Shown one piece after another: positions 51,825-64,000 of a stretch of 64,000 nucleotides of DNA. Positions within the stretch are counted from its first letter, which is position 1; each line of letters begins with the position of its first letter. The position numbers were made by a program, and so were the translations under genes. This DNA is from Ministeria vibrans ATCC 50519 (taxonomy: Eukaryota; Protista; Filasterea): the NCBI GenBank assembly GCA_943704425.1, contig CALSCP010001443.1, forward strand, positions 12,044-76,043, read 5' to 3'. A model generated the notes under the pieces. That model worked only from the letters and a program-made list of their open reading frames with translations. It was not told the DNA's origin and searched no databases.

Positions 51825-53464
51825 TCAGAAACAAGAGTGCAGGAAAAAGGCGACTGACTGTGCCCCGACCGCCCATTGTAGTGTCTCCTCGAGAAAATTG
51901 CCGAGGACTATGTGTCGGATGTGGGGCGAGAGTGTACGTAGAGGAGCTGCAATGGCAGCGTGGTTGCGTGCGAGAGGAGCTGCAAGAAGCGCGGTGGTTG
52001 CAGCTGTTGTGGGAAGGTGGCAGTCGGCGTCGGAGTGTGCGTCAAAGGGCACGACAAAGGTGTGCAAGAGAGGAGCATAGCGTTGCTCAAAGAGAGATTG
52101 CGCAAAGAGACGCAGGTCCGACACGCAGCGGTCCAAATCAAAAGGATGCTGCTCGCCATCGTTGTCGGAAAGGGACGAGGGGGAAGAAGATGAAAGGTCG
52201 CACAGGAGACGCGCAAAGAAGCCGCGGACAGCGGCACTGCGCACGGCAGGAGGCCAATCGCTTTCAAAGGGCAGGGGCGTCGCATACGACTCGTCCACGG
52301 CGCCCATCTCAGACGAGTCGCTCCAGATGTTGACACTGAACGAGGGGGAGAGAGCGCGCACACGATGGAATGTAAATGGGGGTATATAGAGTACATCACC
52401 TTCGTAAAGCGTGACCTACAAGCCATCAAAATGAGTGAGAGAATGAATAGGGAGATGCTTATTTTTTTGTCTGACATGCTGGACGAATTTTTGAGGGAAG
52501 TCAGAGTGGTCGATGTCAATTTGGCTTTGTCTCGCCGACGGGTGGAGGTACGGGTAAAGTTGTAGGAGGGGCGTGTGCTGTGGGTGGATGAGCGACCAGC
52601 GCTTGCGTCCTTCGAGCTGCACATAGAAATTTGCGTACGCGTCGTAGTGTGTGTGTGCCGTGACGTTGGCTGCGCCCACCCACAGATGTGCGGAGAAGCG
52701 GGACGACACGACAAATTCATCAAGGGGATGGCAGTCTTTGATTCCTTGACCACCCCTTGAGCCCGTGAGCTCGGTCAGTTCGCAGCTGAAGTAGACTTGA
52801 TCAGTGCTGCGCTCGACGGCGCGCATGAGCGCGGACACGCTCATTCGTTCGACGTGAAAATCAGCCGGTTTGAAGCGCAAAAGAGGCATGAGGGGCTTCT
52901 CGGGGTTGACGTAGACAAAGGGCAGCGACGCGTTGAGCAGGTGGACCGCTTGCATGCTGGCGCCGAACCGCTGTGTGAAGTGCGCGGGAGTCCAGTCGCG
53001 CATGGCCGTCCACGCGTCCGCTGGCGATCCCACAAGAACGATCGGCTCGTGCAAGGCGACAATTTCCTTGGCAATACCCGGACGCCATTGGATGAGGCGC
53101 AGCGAGTCGCGCTTCCCAATGAATTCGATTGGGTTTGGCGCGTCGTCGCTGGCTCTGCCTGGCCCTTTCGTTTCGACTCCGAGCGCCGCTGCGACTTCCG
53201 CACGATCAGGCTTCAACGGCATTGCAGGGCTCGTAGGCGAACAATGGTCTAGCGAGAGGATCCCGACGACGACCATGGCTGTGAGGACCGCAACAGCGAC
53301 GACTGCAAATTTGACAACATACGTTGCAACCCTACGAGACGTATTCGGTTATTCCGATGCGATGTGCACAAGGGCGGTGTCTAATCGTACGTTCTAATCT
53401 CAACAGAGCTGGTACGGCGAAGAGCTGGGCGCTCCGTTGAAAGGGGGGTCGTGCGGCGACGCAT
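51825..53464 (-). CDS. JmjC (cupin-like 8) 2-oxoglutarate/Fe oxygenase with an N-terminal transmembrane anchor
   Basis: HLWVGAANVTAHTHYDAYANFYVQLEGRKRW (HxD) and GDVLYIPPFTFH (distal His); hydrophobic stretch VVKFAVVAVAVLTAMVVVGILSL. Confidence 0.85.
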
Positions 53465-53557
53465 AAAAGAAAGTTCTGAAATTGGATGGGACTATTAGAT
53501 GATGAGTTGGTGTGTTGTGAACTTCAACAATCAAAATCAAATTCACATCAGAATTAC

Positions 53558-56500
53558 ATGTTTGCATCGTGTCAGTGGGGTGTAATTGTGTTGGCATTGG
53601 TTGCAGTGGTGCACGGTCGGGCACTCGTCAACAGTGGGTCGCCCAGTGACATTCCGCGCGGTTTCGACTGTGCCATTCGCGCACTGGCGCTCGAGTACGC
53701 CCGCTCGATCCAGCCACAGTACGAGCATCGCATGCTGTACGATGCTCTGCAGCTTGGCGCGTGCGGCAATGCGACGCTGGACGAGCGAGCGAGAGGGCAA
53801 ACGCACTTTGGCGCCACTGCAGCGACAACACCGTTCCGCGACTACGAATGGGCGCCACCCCGCCGTGCGCAGCGTCCCTCGGATGCCACCCACACGCTGT
53901 TTGTTGATGATACAAAGGGCAATGATGGAAATGAAGGTGAGCGTAACGAGTGCGGACACACTTGTTATCTCTTGTGTGTTGTGGTTAGGTTCGTTCTCGC
54001 GTCCTATGAAGACGCTCCAGCGCGCCATAGACGCTTCTCGCGTGTCCGCGCGTGCAGGTGTGAAAGGGACGGGCCAGCGCAAGATTGTGGTGCACGGCGG
54101 CACGTACTACTTGAACGAGACGCTTGTGTTGACGGCTGAGGACTCGTCGGTGTCCATTGAGAGTGCCGATGGCGAAGAGGTCGTTGTGTCGGGGGGTGTA
54201 CCGCTCAATGTGAAGTGGGAGGCGCACGAACAATCCGAACCCAGGATGGTACTGTACAACAACACGAACGCTGTGTGGGGTCGTGCATCGGCAACGGGCT
54301 CAACCGATGCTATTACACTGCTTGGCAAGTTCCCTACGCTTCAAGGCTGTTTTGCTGCGTGTGCCGCGCAGGGCTGCACGGCATTCACATACAACGGCCC
54401 GACGGTCGCTGAAGACTATCGCTTGACCTGCTACAGCATCATCGACGGGAGTTGGGCGCCTAATGGGCAGGCGGGCATTGTGAGTGGTCGTGTCGAGTCG
54501 CGCAACATCTACGTTGCAGACGTGTCGCACCTGACGAGTAGAGGTGGACCGCTAAGCAACGGCATCACAGGGTTGCGTGTGAACGGGGCCCGTGCTATTC
54601 GAGCACGCTTCCCCGATGCGAACCCAGAAACGTCGATGCGACAGGAGGCAATTGCTGGATGGATAATGTTTGGAACGCGGTGGGTTGCGCCAACAAAGCC
54701 TGCGTCGCCTGTACGGAATTCTTGTCGGAAAGGTGTGTCATTGAATGGCGTTGTGTGGTGTTGTAGGGTGAAGATGTGGTGCTCACGGCAAAGGACTACC
54801 CCGATGTGGAATGGCCAATGAGCGAAGAGGTACGTGCACAGGCGTGTGTTATGCTGTGTGATAGAACCCTTTGGACGCGCGCGTAGGGAGGGAGTACGTG
54901 GACGGGCGATGGTGATTGGGGCGAGTACCACATTGGAAAGGGAGGGGCGTGTGCTCGTGCGACTCCTTCGTTTGGTTACTGGTGTTCCCCAACGTGTCCG
55001 CGCGGCACTACCTACGTGTTCCGACAGCCTAGTGGCGTGCGCATCGACGCAGACGTGCTCCCTCACTCGCCGTATCGCGCTCCCACCGGCGCCATTGTTC
55101 ATGTCTGGCGACCGGGTCACTGGTAGGTGTGTTGCGGGGTAATGTTCTCCTCTTCAATTGGTTTATACTGTAGGTTCACGAATATGTTTCGTGTCGGCTC
55201 TAACTCAACGGACACCGAGCTGACGTTTGATTTGGGTGGATTCCAGGGCGGAGAGGGATACGACGCGGGTGCCGAATGGTACATTGAGAATGTGCGAGAG
55301 GAGCTGGACAGTCCCAACGAGTGGTTCTTCGACGAAAACGAACACAAACTCTACTTTTTCTACAATGGAACAGACTCGCCCGACGCGGCGCAATTGATCG
55401 CGACGAACCTGAAGGGTACAGTTGAGAACCAAATGAGAAAAAGCTTATACGATTTGTAGTGCTTGTAAATGTGAGTGGGACGATGGACAAGCCAGTGCGA
55501 GATGTGAGCCTGTCGGGATTACTTTTCCGAGACACTGCATCGACCTTTATGGACCCGCACGGACTGCCCAGTGGCGGAGACTGGGGGCTGCAACGTAGTG
55601 CTGCCGTGTACATGACAGGTAAGGCTCAATATAACTATATGGGCGAAAGAAAAAGACATGATTCAGAGAGGGGGAGAAGGAACAAATTGAGAGGAGGGAG
55701 AAGGAACAAATTGAGAGGAGGGAGAAGGAACAAATTGAGGAGGGAGAAGGAANNNNNNNNAAATTGCTCAGAAATTGCTCAGAAATTGCTCAGAAATTGC
55801 TCAGAAATTGCTCAGAAATTGCTCAGAAATTGCTCAGTAATTATTCCACTTGTTGAATTTTAGGGTGTGAAAATGTCAGAGTGTCAGAGTGTCTGTTTCT
55901 GCGCTGCGATGGAAATGGGCTTTTTATCGATGGCTATAGTCGCAACGCCATGATTGACTCAAACGAATTTGCATGGGTATGCAAAAAAATACAAAAACCA
56001 AGCCTAGGGGATAAAATGAAATGCACACACACACTCTCTCTCATGTGAACTCACTGCACACACATGTGACTACATCTAACCACCTGTCTGTCCACCACCC
56101 ACCAGATTGGAGACTCGGCCATGGCGTCATGGGGAGTGACGGAAGCGTTGACGGGAGTACATGCGGGTGCACTGGGCCCTGACGGACGGGCGGGCGAGCA
56201 GCCCCGTGCCACGACCGTGCGTCGCAATCTCGTTCATGAGATTGGTCTCTGGCAGAAGCAGAGCTCCATGTGGTTTCAGGCGGTAACACATCAGGAGCTT
56301 ATAGCGATAGATTTGTGCGAAATTACAACACACTTTACTGTGCCCTTCGTTTTCGTGTAGGTTTCATGCCAGACTACCGTCGAGGAAAACATTTTCTTCA
56401 ATGGCCCACGCGCCAACATTAACATCAGTCAGTTGAACTACGCACTCTGTCTTTTGTTGTCATTCTGAATACTTAATGTTACTGTAGACGATGGATTTGG

Positions 56501-57270
56501 TGGGGGAAACCACCTCACTGGCAACCTTTTAGTGAACGCAGTCCGAGAGAGCAGGTCCGCTCCTCCGTTTTTCATTGTCTAATTCTCCATTCTCCTCTCT
56601 CATAACGGTCTTCCCCCCTGTATTTCTATATAATATGTCTTTTTATCTTGTCGTGTGGTGTCTTTATAGTGATCATGGCCCCGTCAACACATGGGATCGT
56701 GTACCGTACATCACTACGGTGCGCAACGGTAGTGCCTCAATTATTCCCGCATTCAACGAGATTGACCACAATTTCATTTTGGGCACGTACAATACTCAAG
56801 AAGGTATCTTAACAACAGAGCGCTAGAAAGAGGGGGAGAGGCAATGATCCATTTGGCTCTTTGCAGCAATAGACAATGACGACGGCAGCTCGTACTACAA
56901 GACACACTCCAATGTGTTTGTGTATGGCAGCGGAGACCTCAAGTCTGACTTTGGTGGACATGACAACCACCATTTCGGTAATTTGGTTGCGTACACCAAC
57001 GGTTGCTTTGGCAAGGGCAACAACCTGTCCTTTGTCAACAACACGTGCATCCTGCGCGCACCCTCAGGTGGCTACAACAGCGACTGCAACCTCAGCTACG
57101 GCATGGTTGTCGAGGGCAATGCAGTCCACAACCCGTCTGGCGAGCTCAGCGTGTGCGGCACCACCTTCGCCCAGTGGACCGCACAGGGTCACGATAAGGG
57201 ATCTACCCTCGCCAAATGGCCCTCCAACGCACAGGTTGTCGCTCAGGCCCGCAAAATACTCAATTTTTAA
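53558..57270 (+). CDS. Secreted right-handed beta-helix (pectin lyase-fold, GH141-like) protein with a PAN/apple-like insert
   Basis: Signal peptide; GGTYYLNETLVL; CFAACAAQGCTAFTY insert; RARFPDANPE; WYIENVREELDSPNEWFFD; DNDDGSSYY; about 11 exons. Confidence 0.72.
55667..55836. repeat. Intronic minisatellites: a 24-bp unit (about 3.5 copies) and an 11-bp AAATTGCTCAG unit (about 7 copies), separated by N
   Basis: Tandem units read directly from the sequence. Confidence 0.9.
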
Positions 57271-57376
57271 CAATTTAAAGGAGAAAAAAAAAAAAACTCT
57301 TCAAGTAACCGACGAGCTGTTGAGAAAGAATATCGATGGAAAATTAATATAATAGTGTCATTGTTTGAACGGCCGG

Positions 57377-59380
57377 CTACGCGTTCTTTTCGGCCGCGAG
57401 ACGGGCATCCTCGGCCTCGGCAAGCTTCTTGCCAATGTGCTCGTCGGTGGGGTCGCGCTGGACCTTGACTCGCACAGTGTCGCCGTCGCGTGTGGGACCG
57501 CTTGTGATCGTGTACAGAAGATTGTTCAATCCTGAGCGTGGAACGAACAAGGGTGAGTGACCAAAAAAGGAGCAAGACAACCCAACGCAGTGAATACCGT
57601 CCTTCTTCCAGCGCTCGCTGCCTTGCGACATCTCCGCCTGCCACTTGCGGGCGGTACGGATGCTGCCTGGAGTGAACTTGCGTGCAGTGTGACCGTGCGA
57701 CTCCAGCGACACATACACGCCCTGTCCGTGCGGCGGTCGGTGCGGCTGGCCCGTTGCCGTCGTAAATCCGTTTCTCTACACAACACATACCATGAGGACA
57801 CAAGAGCATTGTACACAGGCAAAGCGTACCCTCAGACGCCAGTACAGGTCGTCGTCCTCAGCACCCCACCCGTGGTAGTCGTTGGAGCATCCGTTAATCT
57901 TCTCAAACTGCTCGTTTGCAAAACTGAACACCCCTCCCCCATAGTTGGCGTAGATCACGCCAAACTTGAAGCGGTCCTGCTCGGCACTCAGTTGCAAAGG
58001 CATAACCGGTTTCGTATAGGGCACACCTGAATGAGAAAGCAAGCGTGGTGGTGGATATAAGAAAAGCACGTCTCAAAACCTCAAAAGGTACCTGGCATGG
58101 GCAGGGCATCTACGTCGTGCTGCACAAAGTACGTGGCACCGTCCTTCTTGGCCAAGTGGTACCCAATATTGATGAGCCATCCTGTGACATAAAGTAAAAA
58201 GAAGACAATGCCATGGGATTGGGCGCGTTAGTATTCACAATGCGTGCGTAAGTTGAGTGTGCATCTGTACCGCGATCAAAGAGATCGTCATCATCCTGTT
58301 CAATCACATAGAACCCTTGGAAGCAAATGCCCTGCGTGCGCAAATATACTCTACGCACTCGTTGGAGAGAAAGAAAACACACACACACGCACACACGAGC
58401 ACATTAGAATCAAGTGAGCCCAAACACACCAAACGCACCTCATCCACTCGCGGAAAACACCCAAATGCTCCTCACGGTCGCGAAAGGGAAGCACAATGGC
58501 AAGACGATCGGAGTCGGTGCAGTGGGGCAGAGGCTCGACCTTGGTGTGCTCCATTATCTGTGACCAAAAGAAGTTATAGTCGTATTTCTTCTCTTCCGAG
58601 ATATTACCATATCCTTCATCTTTAAGAACACTGTTGGAAGCGTCTTCGAGACAGTCTACGGGATAGTCAAGGGAAAGACAAGACAGAGTTGGAAAGGCAC
58701 ATTGAGCAGCGCAAATACTTTCCTTCCATCCTGCTACCTCAAGTTCAGCTTTGCCTTCGCACGTCGGGCACTGTGGGCAGGTTCTCGCTTGAGCTGAGAA
58801 AGGAAAAGGAGCACAACAACAACAACAAGAAGGACGACGAAATGAGGTTCGAGCGGTGGTTGAGAGAGGATTGTGGCGGTGGCGTACGGACAGAGGGGCA
58901 CACAGGACAGGTCTGGGGTGGTGGCGCTGGAGGGCACTGGCACTCGGCGCAGGGCGGGCACGACGGCGGCTCGATGCGAGGGCACTGGGGGCAGTTGCAA
59001 GGCTTCTCAATGATCACAGGCTCGGCCTGTCGAGCGTCCTTCTCGGCCGAGAGCTACGCGAAAAGAGAGCGAAAAAAAAAAAGGTGGATTGGTATGCAGA
59101 ACGATTGACAGGTCAACCGCATAAGAAGACGGCGAAAAGAGGGAGACGCATAGCACAGTGGGGCGAGGCAGCATGTGTCGGGGGCACGGGGAAGGCGACA
59201 GGCCCTCTTGGGGAGGAAGGAGAGAGGTTGGAAAGTGCCACGGTCTTTCAAAACGCCAAGAGGAGTCTTTCGCTCGCATACCGACGACGGTCCTGGTAGT
59301 CCAACAAGGGAAACTGTGATGCACGCCCCGATGGCGCAACCCACCAGAAAGGTTACCGCCGATGAGAATGAGATTCTCAT
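57377..59380 (-). CDS. GT7 family beta-1,4-galactosyl/GalNAc transferase (type II membrane)
   Basis: N-terminal TM; LAIVLPFRDREEHL; VIEQ..FDRGWLINIG; HDVD; GGVFSF..F.KINGCSNDYHGWGAEDDDLYWR. Confidence 0.92.
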
Positions 59381-59570
59381 TGTCAAAAAAAAAACTGTCT
59401 GTCACTAAAATCTAAAATAAGTTTCACATTTTCACTCTCACACAGTTCAAGTGACCTGTTGACATTTAAAATACGCAACAAATTGATCATGGTATGTATC
59501 CAACCGTCGCGATTTGTGGTGTCGTCTATATTGTACACTAGTGATCGATTGTATAATAGCTATTATACTT

Positions 59571-60521
59571 TTATTCATTGGCATAATCATTCACCATTTC
59601 GGCAATTGTGTCGCACATGCACGGAACGCACGAGCACAAACACAGTGATGTGATTGAGACGTGTGAGAAGACAGGCGCAGGGAATGAAGTGGGTGCGGTT
59701 GGACAGAGAAATGACCTGTCAAACTTGACATCTTCTTCGTCTGTTTCGCTCTTGACGCGGCAGCAAGCAGAGCCGTTGGCTGTTGCAGAGGTGTTCTCCT
59801 TGACGCACACACCTGGCTTCTCCGAAAATTGCTTAACAGCAGCATCGTCTTGCCCCTTGTAGGCCAGCAGAGTCGATGGCCCCGGCGAGAGCGGAGCACA
59901 AGCATGAGCACGACGAACCGGAAGTGGTGCTTTTGAGCGTTGCGCCTTTGCATCGGCCACTGGCGTCTGGGCACGACGACGACGGCCGCACAAGACGCGT
60001 AGAATAGAAAGATACACAGCAAAGAGAGCCGCGCCGAGGAGAGATGAAGCGGACAGGAATGGTTGGGGATGCGGTGCGAAAAGCGACGCGTTTGCAGCAA
60101 CGGTTGCGTCGGTCGCGTTTGCGGCGGTGGTTGCCGGAGAATTGCGGAGGAATGCGTAGTCAATGGTCCATTGAGATACTTGTTGCAAAGAGGCGATGAC
60201 CGAGTGTGTAGTGCGGCCAGTGGAGCGCGAAACGTTTTGCAGCGAAACGCGCCACAATTCTTTTAGGACCGTTTGTATGTGTGTCGTAACAGAATGGACA
60301 CGGTTGTATGTAAATAGCGTCTTGTTACGCATAATGTTGCGTGCGTAGGCAGCGGTTGTCAGCAGCGTGTCGTAGAAGGGCGTCCGGGGTGGAAACATGG
60401 GGCAAAGTGTTGTTGTCTCGAGTGAATACTCACAAAGTGCGTGGCAGATCATGGGCGCCTCCGCAGAGCAACATGCTTGACAAAAAAAACCCAACAGGAT
60501 CACGAGCAAGATGGATTTCAT
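59571..60521 (-). CDS. Unknown protein with a signal peptide and one TM segment
   Basis: MKSILLVILLGFFCQACCS; hydrophobic LLGAALFAVYLSILRVLC followed by the basic GRRRR. Confidence 0.55.
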   Translation of the reverse strand: MKSILLVILLGFFCQACCSAEAPMICHALCEYSLETTTLCPMFPPRTPFYDTLLTTAAYARNIMRNKTLFTYNRVHSVTTHIQTVLKELWRVSLQNVSRSTGRTTHSVIASLQQVSQWTIDYAFLRNSPATTAANATDATVAANASLFAPHPQPFLSASSLLGAALFAVYLSILRVLCGRRRRAQTPVADAKAQRSKAPLPVRRAHACAPLSPGPSTLLAYKGQDDAAVKQFSEKPGVCVKENTSATANGSACCRVKSETDEEDVKFDRSFLCPTAPTSFPAPVFSHVSITSLCLCSCVPCMCDTIAEMVNDYANE

Positions 60522-61091
60522 TTTGAAAAGAGTGAGAAAGAATAATATTAATTTACTTTCTGTTCTCTATCTCCAATAAGAAGTTTCCAAAATCGCCTTT
60601 CTCGCTGCTTTGTCAATTCGCACGCTTCTCAGCCATCAAAGTGAGATACATCCATACATATCAAGTGGGGCGTGTGTGTGAGTGTGCAACCGTGCGGGGG
60701 TCGGCGGACGGCGGTGGCGCGTCTGCAGGATTGTTCGGAGACAGCTCTTCTTCCGTTCAGCAGCTCGAAAACGCGCGTTTCTGTGAAATTACACGCGTCT
60801 CAACGCTGGCAGTTAGTCACATATGTATCCGCGGGTTGTGTGTGTCCGTTTGCGGTGGTCGGCAATGTGTGATGCGCACAAGGGAGAGGTTGCATTGCTG
60901 TTGAAGTTTTCATTTCATTCATGAGCGCTGAGGGGCTGTTATGCATGGATCAGTTGCGCAGCTGTAGCAGTGGTCGTCATCAGTGGTCGTGAGGCCAAAT
61001 GCGCGTGATAATAGATGAGTTTTAATACTAATTTGACATCGTTTTTGTGTTCGGATGTTTTTTTTTTTTCAGATATAATTATAATTATAAT

Positions 61092-62374
61092 ATGCTTTCT
61101 CTGCTCCTTCTGTGCGTCGTCTCCGTCTCCGTACACGGACAAGACCCCGAGGTCTACAGTGAAAATGGGGACCTTGTATTGGCTCCTGCTCTCAACCGAT
61201 CTGTGCTTATCAAAGGCGAGCTTTTGGTTAACGGGTTGACAACAATGTCTCAAACAGACTTTGACGATCGCCTGGCCAATCTACGGTCGAAAATCAGCGG
61301 GCTAGAGGCACAGATGGCGTCTTGTTCATGCAACACAACTACTTCGACTACGGTCGACGAGTGCGTGTCGAGCCCCTGCTCGAACGGCGGTGTGTGCACG
61401 GACAGCGAGGGAGCGTTCGTGTGCATGTGCCCTAGCGGGTTCACGGGTGTCACGTGTGAGATGAATGTTGACGAGTGCGCATCGAGTCCTTGCTTAAACG
61501 GCGGCACGTGCATTGACGCGTTGGGTGAGTATTCGTGTACGTGTGCTCTCGGCTATGCGGGTGTCCTCTGCGAGTCGGACATCAACGAGTGCGCGTCGAG
61601 TCCTTGCTTAAACGGCGGCACGTGCATTGACGCGTTGGGTGAGTATTCGTGTACGTGTGCTCTCGGCTATGCGGGTGTCCTCTGCGAGTCGGACATCAAC
61701 GAGTGCGCGTCGAGTCCTTGCTTAAACGGCGGCACGTGCATTGACGCGTTGGGTGAGTATTCGTGTACGTGTGCTCTCGGCTATGCGGGTGTCCTCTGCG
61801 AGTCGGACATCAACGAGTGCGCGTCGAGTCCTTGCTTAAACGGCGGCACATGTAGTGACGCCGTCACAGCGTACTCCTGCTCCTGTTCCGGTGAGCCAAC
61901 ACAACACAACACAACACGACACGCCTATTTCTTCTATTAATTTTTACCTCCGGCAACAGACGAGTTCACTGGCTCCCACTGCGAGACGGTGCTTGCCACC
62001 GCGTGCTCCAGCAACCCGTGCGCCAATGGCGGCGCATGCAGCGACAGCGGTGGCGACTCGCCGTACTCGTGCTCGTGCTCGTCCTCCTGGCTCGGCTCCC
62101 GCTGCCACATTGCCAACCCCTGCCAAGGCAGCCCGCCGGCCAACTGCAACGGCTGCTCGCCGCGCTCCTCGTCTCCCTACTACACCTGCTCCTCCTGCTT
62201 CAACAACCGCTGTGGCGACCAGTGCCAAGGCACCCTCTTTGGCCAAGGTAGTGTCTGTGTGTGATCAAATAAAGGATTGTACTTTTTCGAAATTACATTT
62301 CAGGCGGTACTTTTGGTCCATGTATGATCCAGCTCTGTGATGAACCGTGCTGGGATCCAAGTTTATTAAGTTGA
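61092..62374 (+). CDS. Secreted calcium-binding EGF-repeat protein with an N-terminal coiled coil
   Basis: Signal peptide, heptad stretch LANLRSKISGLEAQM, then five cbEGF repeats (D/NECASSPCLNGGTC) and one further EGF. Introns lie at about 61891-61959 and 62248-62303. Confidence 0.88.
61473..61849 (+). repeat. Near-perfect 114-bp coding tandem repeat (3.3 copies, one EGF each)
   Basis: Units start at 61473, 61587, 61701 and 61815. Confidence 0.95.
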
Positions 62375-62611
62375 TATAAAAATTTATTAATTTATTTTGG
62401 CCTCTAAAAAGTGATGCTTGCACGGTCTTTATTACTAGCAATCGAGCACAGACTACAGAGCAGGAATGACAAGATGGATTTCATCTCAATCATTTTGAAG
62501 AGAGAAAAATATTGTGTTCTTGACTTCTTGGGACATTCGAAAAGAGTCAGTCAACAGAAAATGGAAAGATAATCGAATCGAACAGAAAATTTTTTTCTAT
62601 CTTACATTGCA

Positions 62612-63010
62612 ATGAAGAGCCCGTACAGCGTCCCCAGTTTACTCCAACCAGTGATCACGTTTACAACGCTGCTGGATGCGCGACGCCAGCCGTTTTCTTT
62701 CGACGGGATGATCGCAGTGAGCCCTTTTGTCATTTCCGCTCTGGTCGGCGCCTACGCCGGCTCCAAGGAAGAGGACGACTTGAGAACGGTCGTGAGATGG
62801 GGAACATTATCGGTGGCGCTGTTTCCTTGGGCGTACGCCGCTACAGCGCGCTTCCTCTTTGAGGAGGAGGCGGCTGCCGCCTTGGTGCTGTGCACTTCGG
62901 GCGCTGGACTCCTGTCTGGCGCAGCCTTGACTCGATATGGCCCCGCAGTGGGGCTGGGCATTACTCTGGTGACTGGAGTTGTCGTTCTTCTTCGCGTGAG
63001 GGCACTGTGA
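62612..63010 (+). CDS. Small multi-pass membrane protein of unknown function
   Basis: 132-aa ORF with 3-4 hydrophobic segments between AT-rich flanks. Confidence 0.5.
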   Translation: MKSPYSVPSLLQPVITFTTLLDARRQPFSFDGMIAVSPFVISALVGAYAGSKEEDDLRTVVRWGTLSVALFPWAYAATARFLFEEEAAAALVLCTSGAGLLSGAALTRYGPAVGLGITLVTGVVVLLRVRAL

Positions 63011-63130
63011 GAGACGACGAGTCTTCAGGAGGAAGGATTTTTCAATGTATTATGTAAAGTATTCATGATTAATATTTTGTTGTATACATTGTTATATACA
63101 TTGGACAGCTAGCTTAAGCGTTGATGCTTC

Positions 63131-63861
63131 TCATTCATCTTCGTCGGGAGCACACTGCATGTTGAAGAGAAACAGGGTGAGAATAAGGAGGACGCGGTAC
63201 ATATGCTTACGTTAAAGTCAACAAATGAGACTTGTCCGTCTTCGCTGGAGGCAATGAGAAACTGAAGCGAGAGAAAACCACGCATGTTGATGCGTAACGA
63301 GCATTTTTGTGAAATAAGCAAGGCACTCTTGCACTTGCTTAGTTGGGACTGTCGGTAGAGGTAGTGTTGCGATGTGGAGCAGGCAAAGGACTCCATGGTG
63401 GGCGATACGGATGGGATGGACACCTGTGTTACGGGAGGAATGAGTCATACGGAAGACGAACAAAAGGTACACAAAGATAACACACCTCTACGGAGCCCGT
63501 CACACTGGCACTGGTCAACGAAAGCGTCGCATGTTCAGCATTGACCGTTACGGCAATGGTTCCACTTGCGACATCCATTTCGGCAAAGGCTTCTCTCAAC
63601 GCTTCAGACTGACGACAAAGAGAGAGAGAGAAAGAGATAAAGCGTGTGTGTGTGTATATATGTATGTGTGAGATATTATCAAGTATAGCATGGATATTGT
63701 GTAGTCATGCGTGAATACGGTTCAAAATACCAACCATCTTCTTACCGCAATGATAATTTCCGACACAACCTGTTCACTGTCAAACTCAAAATCGAGTGTG
63801 TCTTCGGCATCGCGAGTCATCAGTCGGCATTCGCTAATGACGCCGGCGTGCTCCATCCTAC

Positions 63862-63901
<40 letters not shown>

Positions 63902-64000
63902 ACAATCACCCCCCGCACACGCACACGCGCGATGGGCGTACGCCAGTTCGAGCTTGTGACCGTATCCGCCGTAGAGCATGTTGAGACGCGTACTCGACGC
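63131..64000 (-). CDS. RAD1: 9-1-1 checkpoint clamp subunit Rad1, 3' part (runs off the window)
   Basis: EHAGVISECRLMT..LDFEF; SEALREAFAEMD; ALLISQKCSLRINMRGFLSLQFLI..DGQVSFVDFNCAPDEDE*. Confidence 0.88.

Noticed and set aside
55667-55836. Short direct-repeat arrays as possible CRISPR or telomeric repeats
   Set aside because: The units are head-to-tail with no unique spacers, lie inside an intron, and have no cas genes nearby.

Overview
Gene-dense eukaryotic genomic DNA, probably from a unicellular protist; the lineage cannot be fixed from this window. Exons are GC-rich, introns are short GT-AG types often filled with microsatellites, and there are several N gaps. About 20 genes lie on largely alternating strands. 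Recognisable housekeeping genes are striatin, exocyst Exo84, PGM3/AGM1, a PKA regulatory subunit, METTL3/IME4, HIRA, a JmjC oxygenase, a GT7 glycosyltransferase and RAD1. The most striking locus (19190-23981, minus strand) splices in frame into one WD40(x7)-Roc GTPase-COR-like-caspase (peptidase C14) protein. Its His/Cys dyad is intact, and six of its seven WD40 repeats each occupy their own 126-nt phase-2 exon. This makes it a candidate ROCO-type innate immunity or cell-death receptor with a shufflable sensor. Other unusual elements are a cluster of three arrestin/MORN/FYVE trafficking genes, three intronless island-containing LRR paralogs (two share a near-identical inverted 253-bp tract), and a secreted EGF protein with a cubilin-like N-terminus. 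Exon structures were worked out by eye and no database searches were run.
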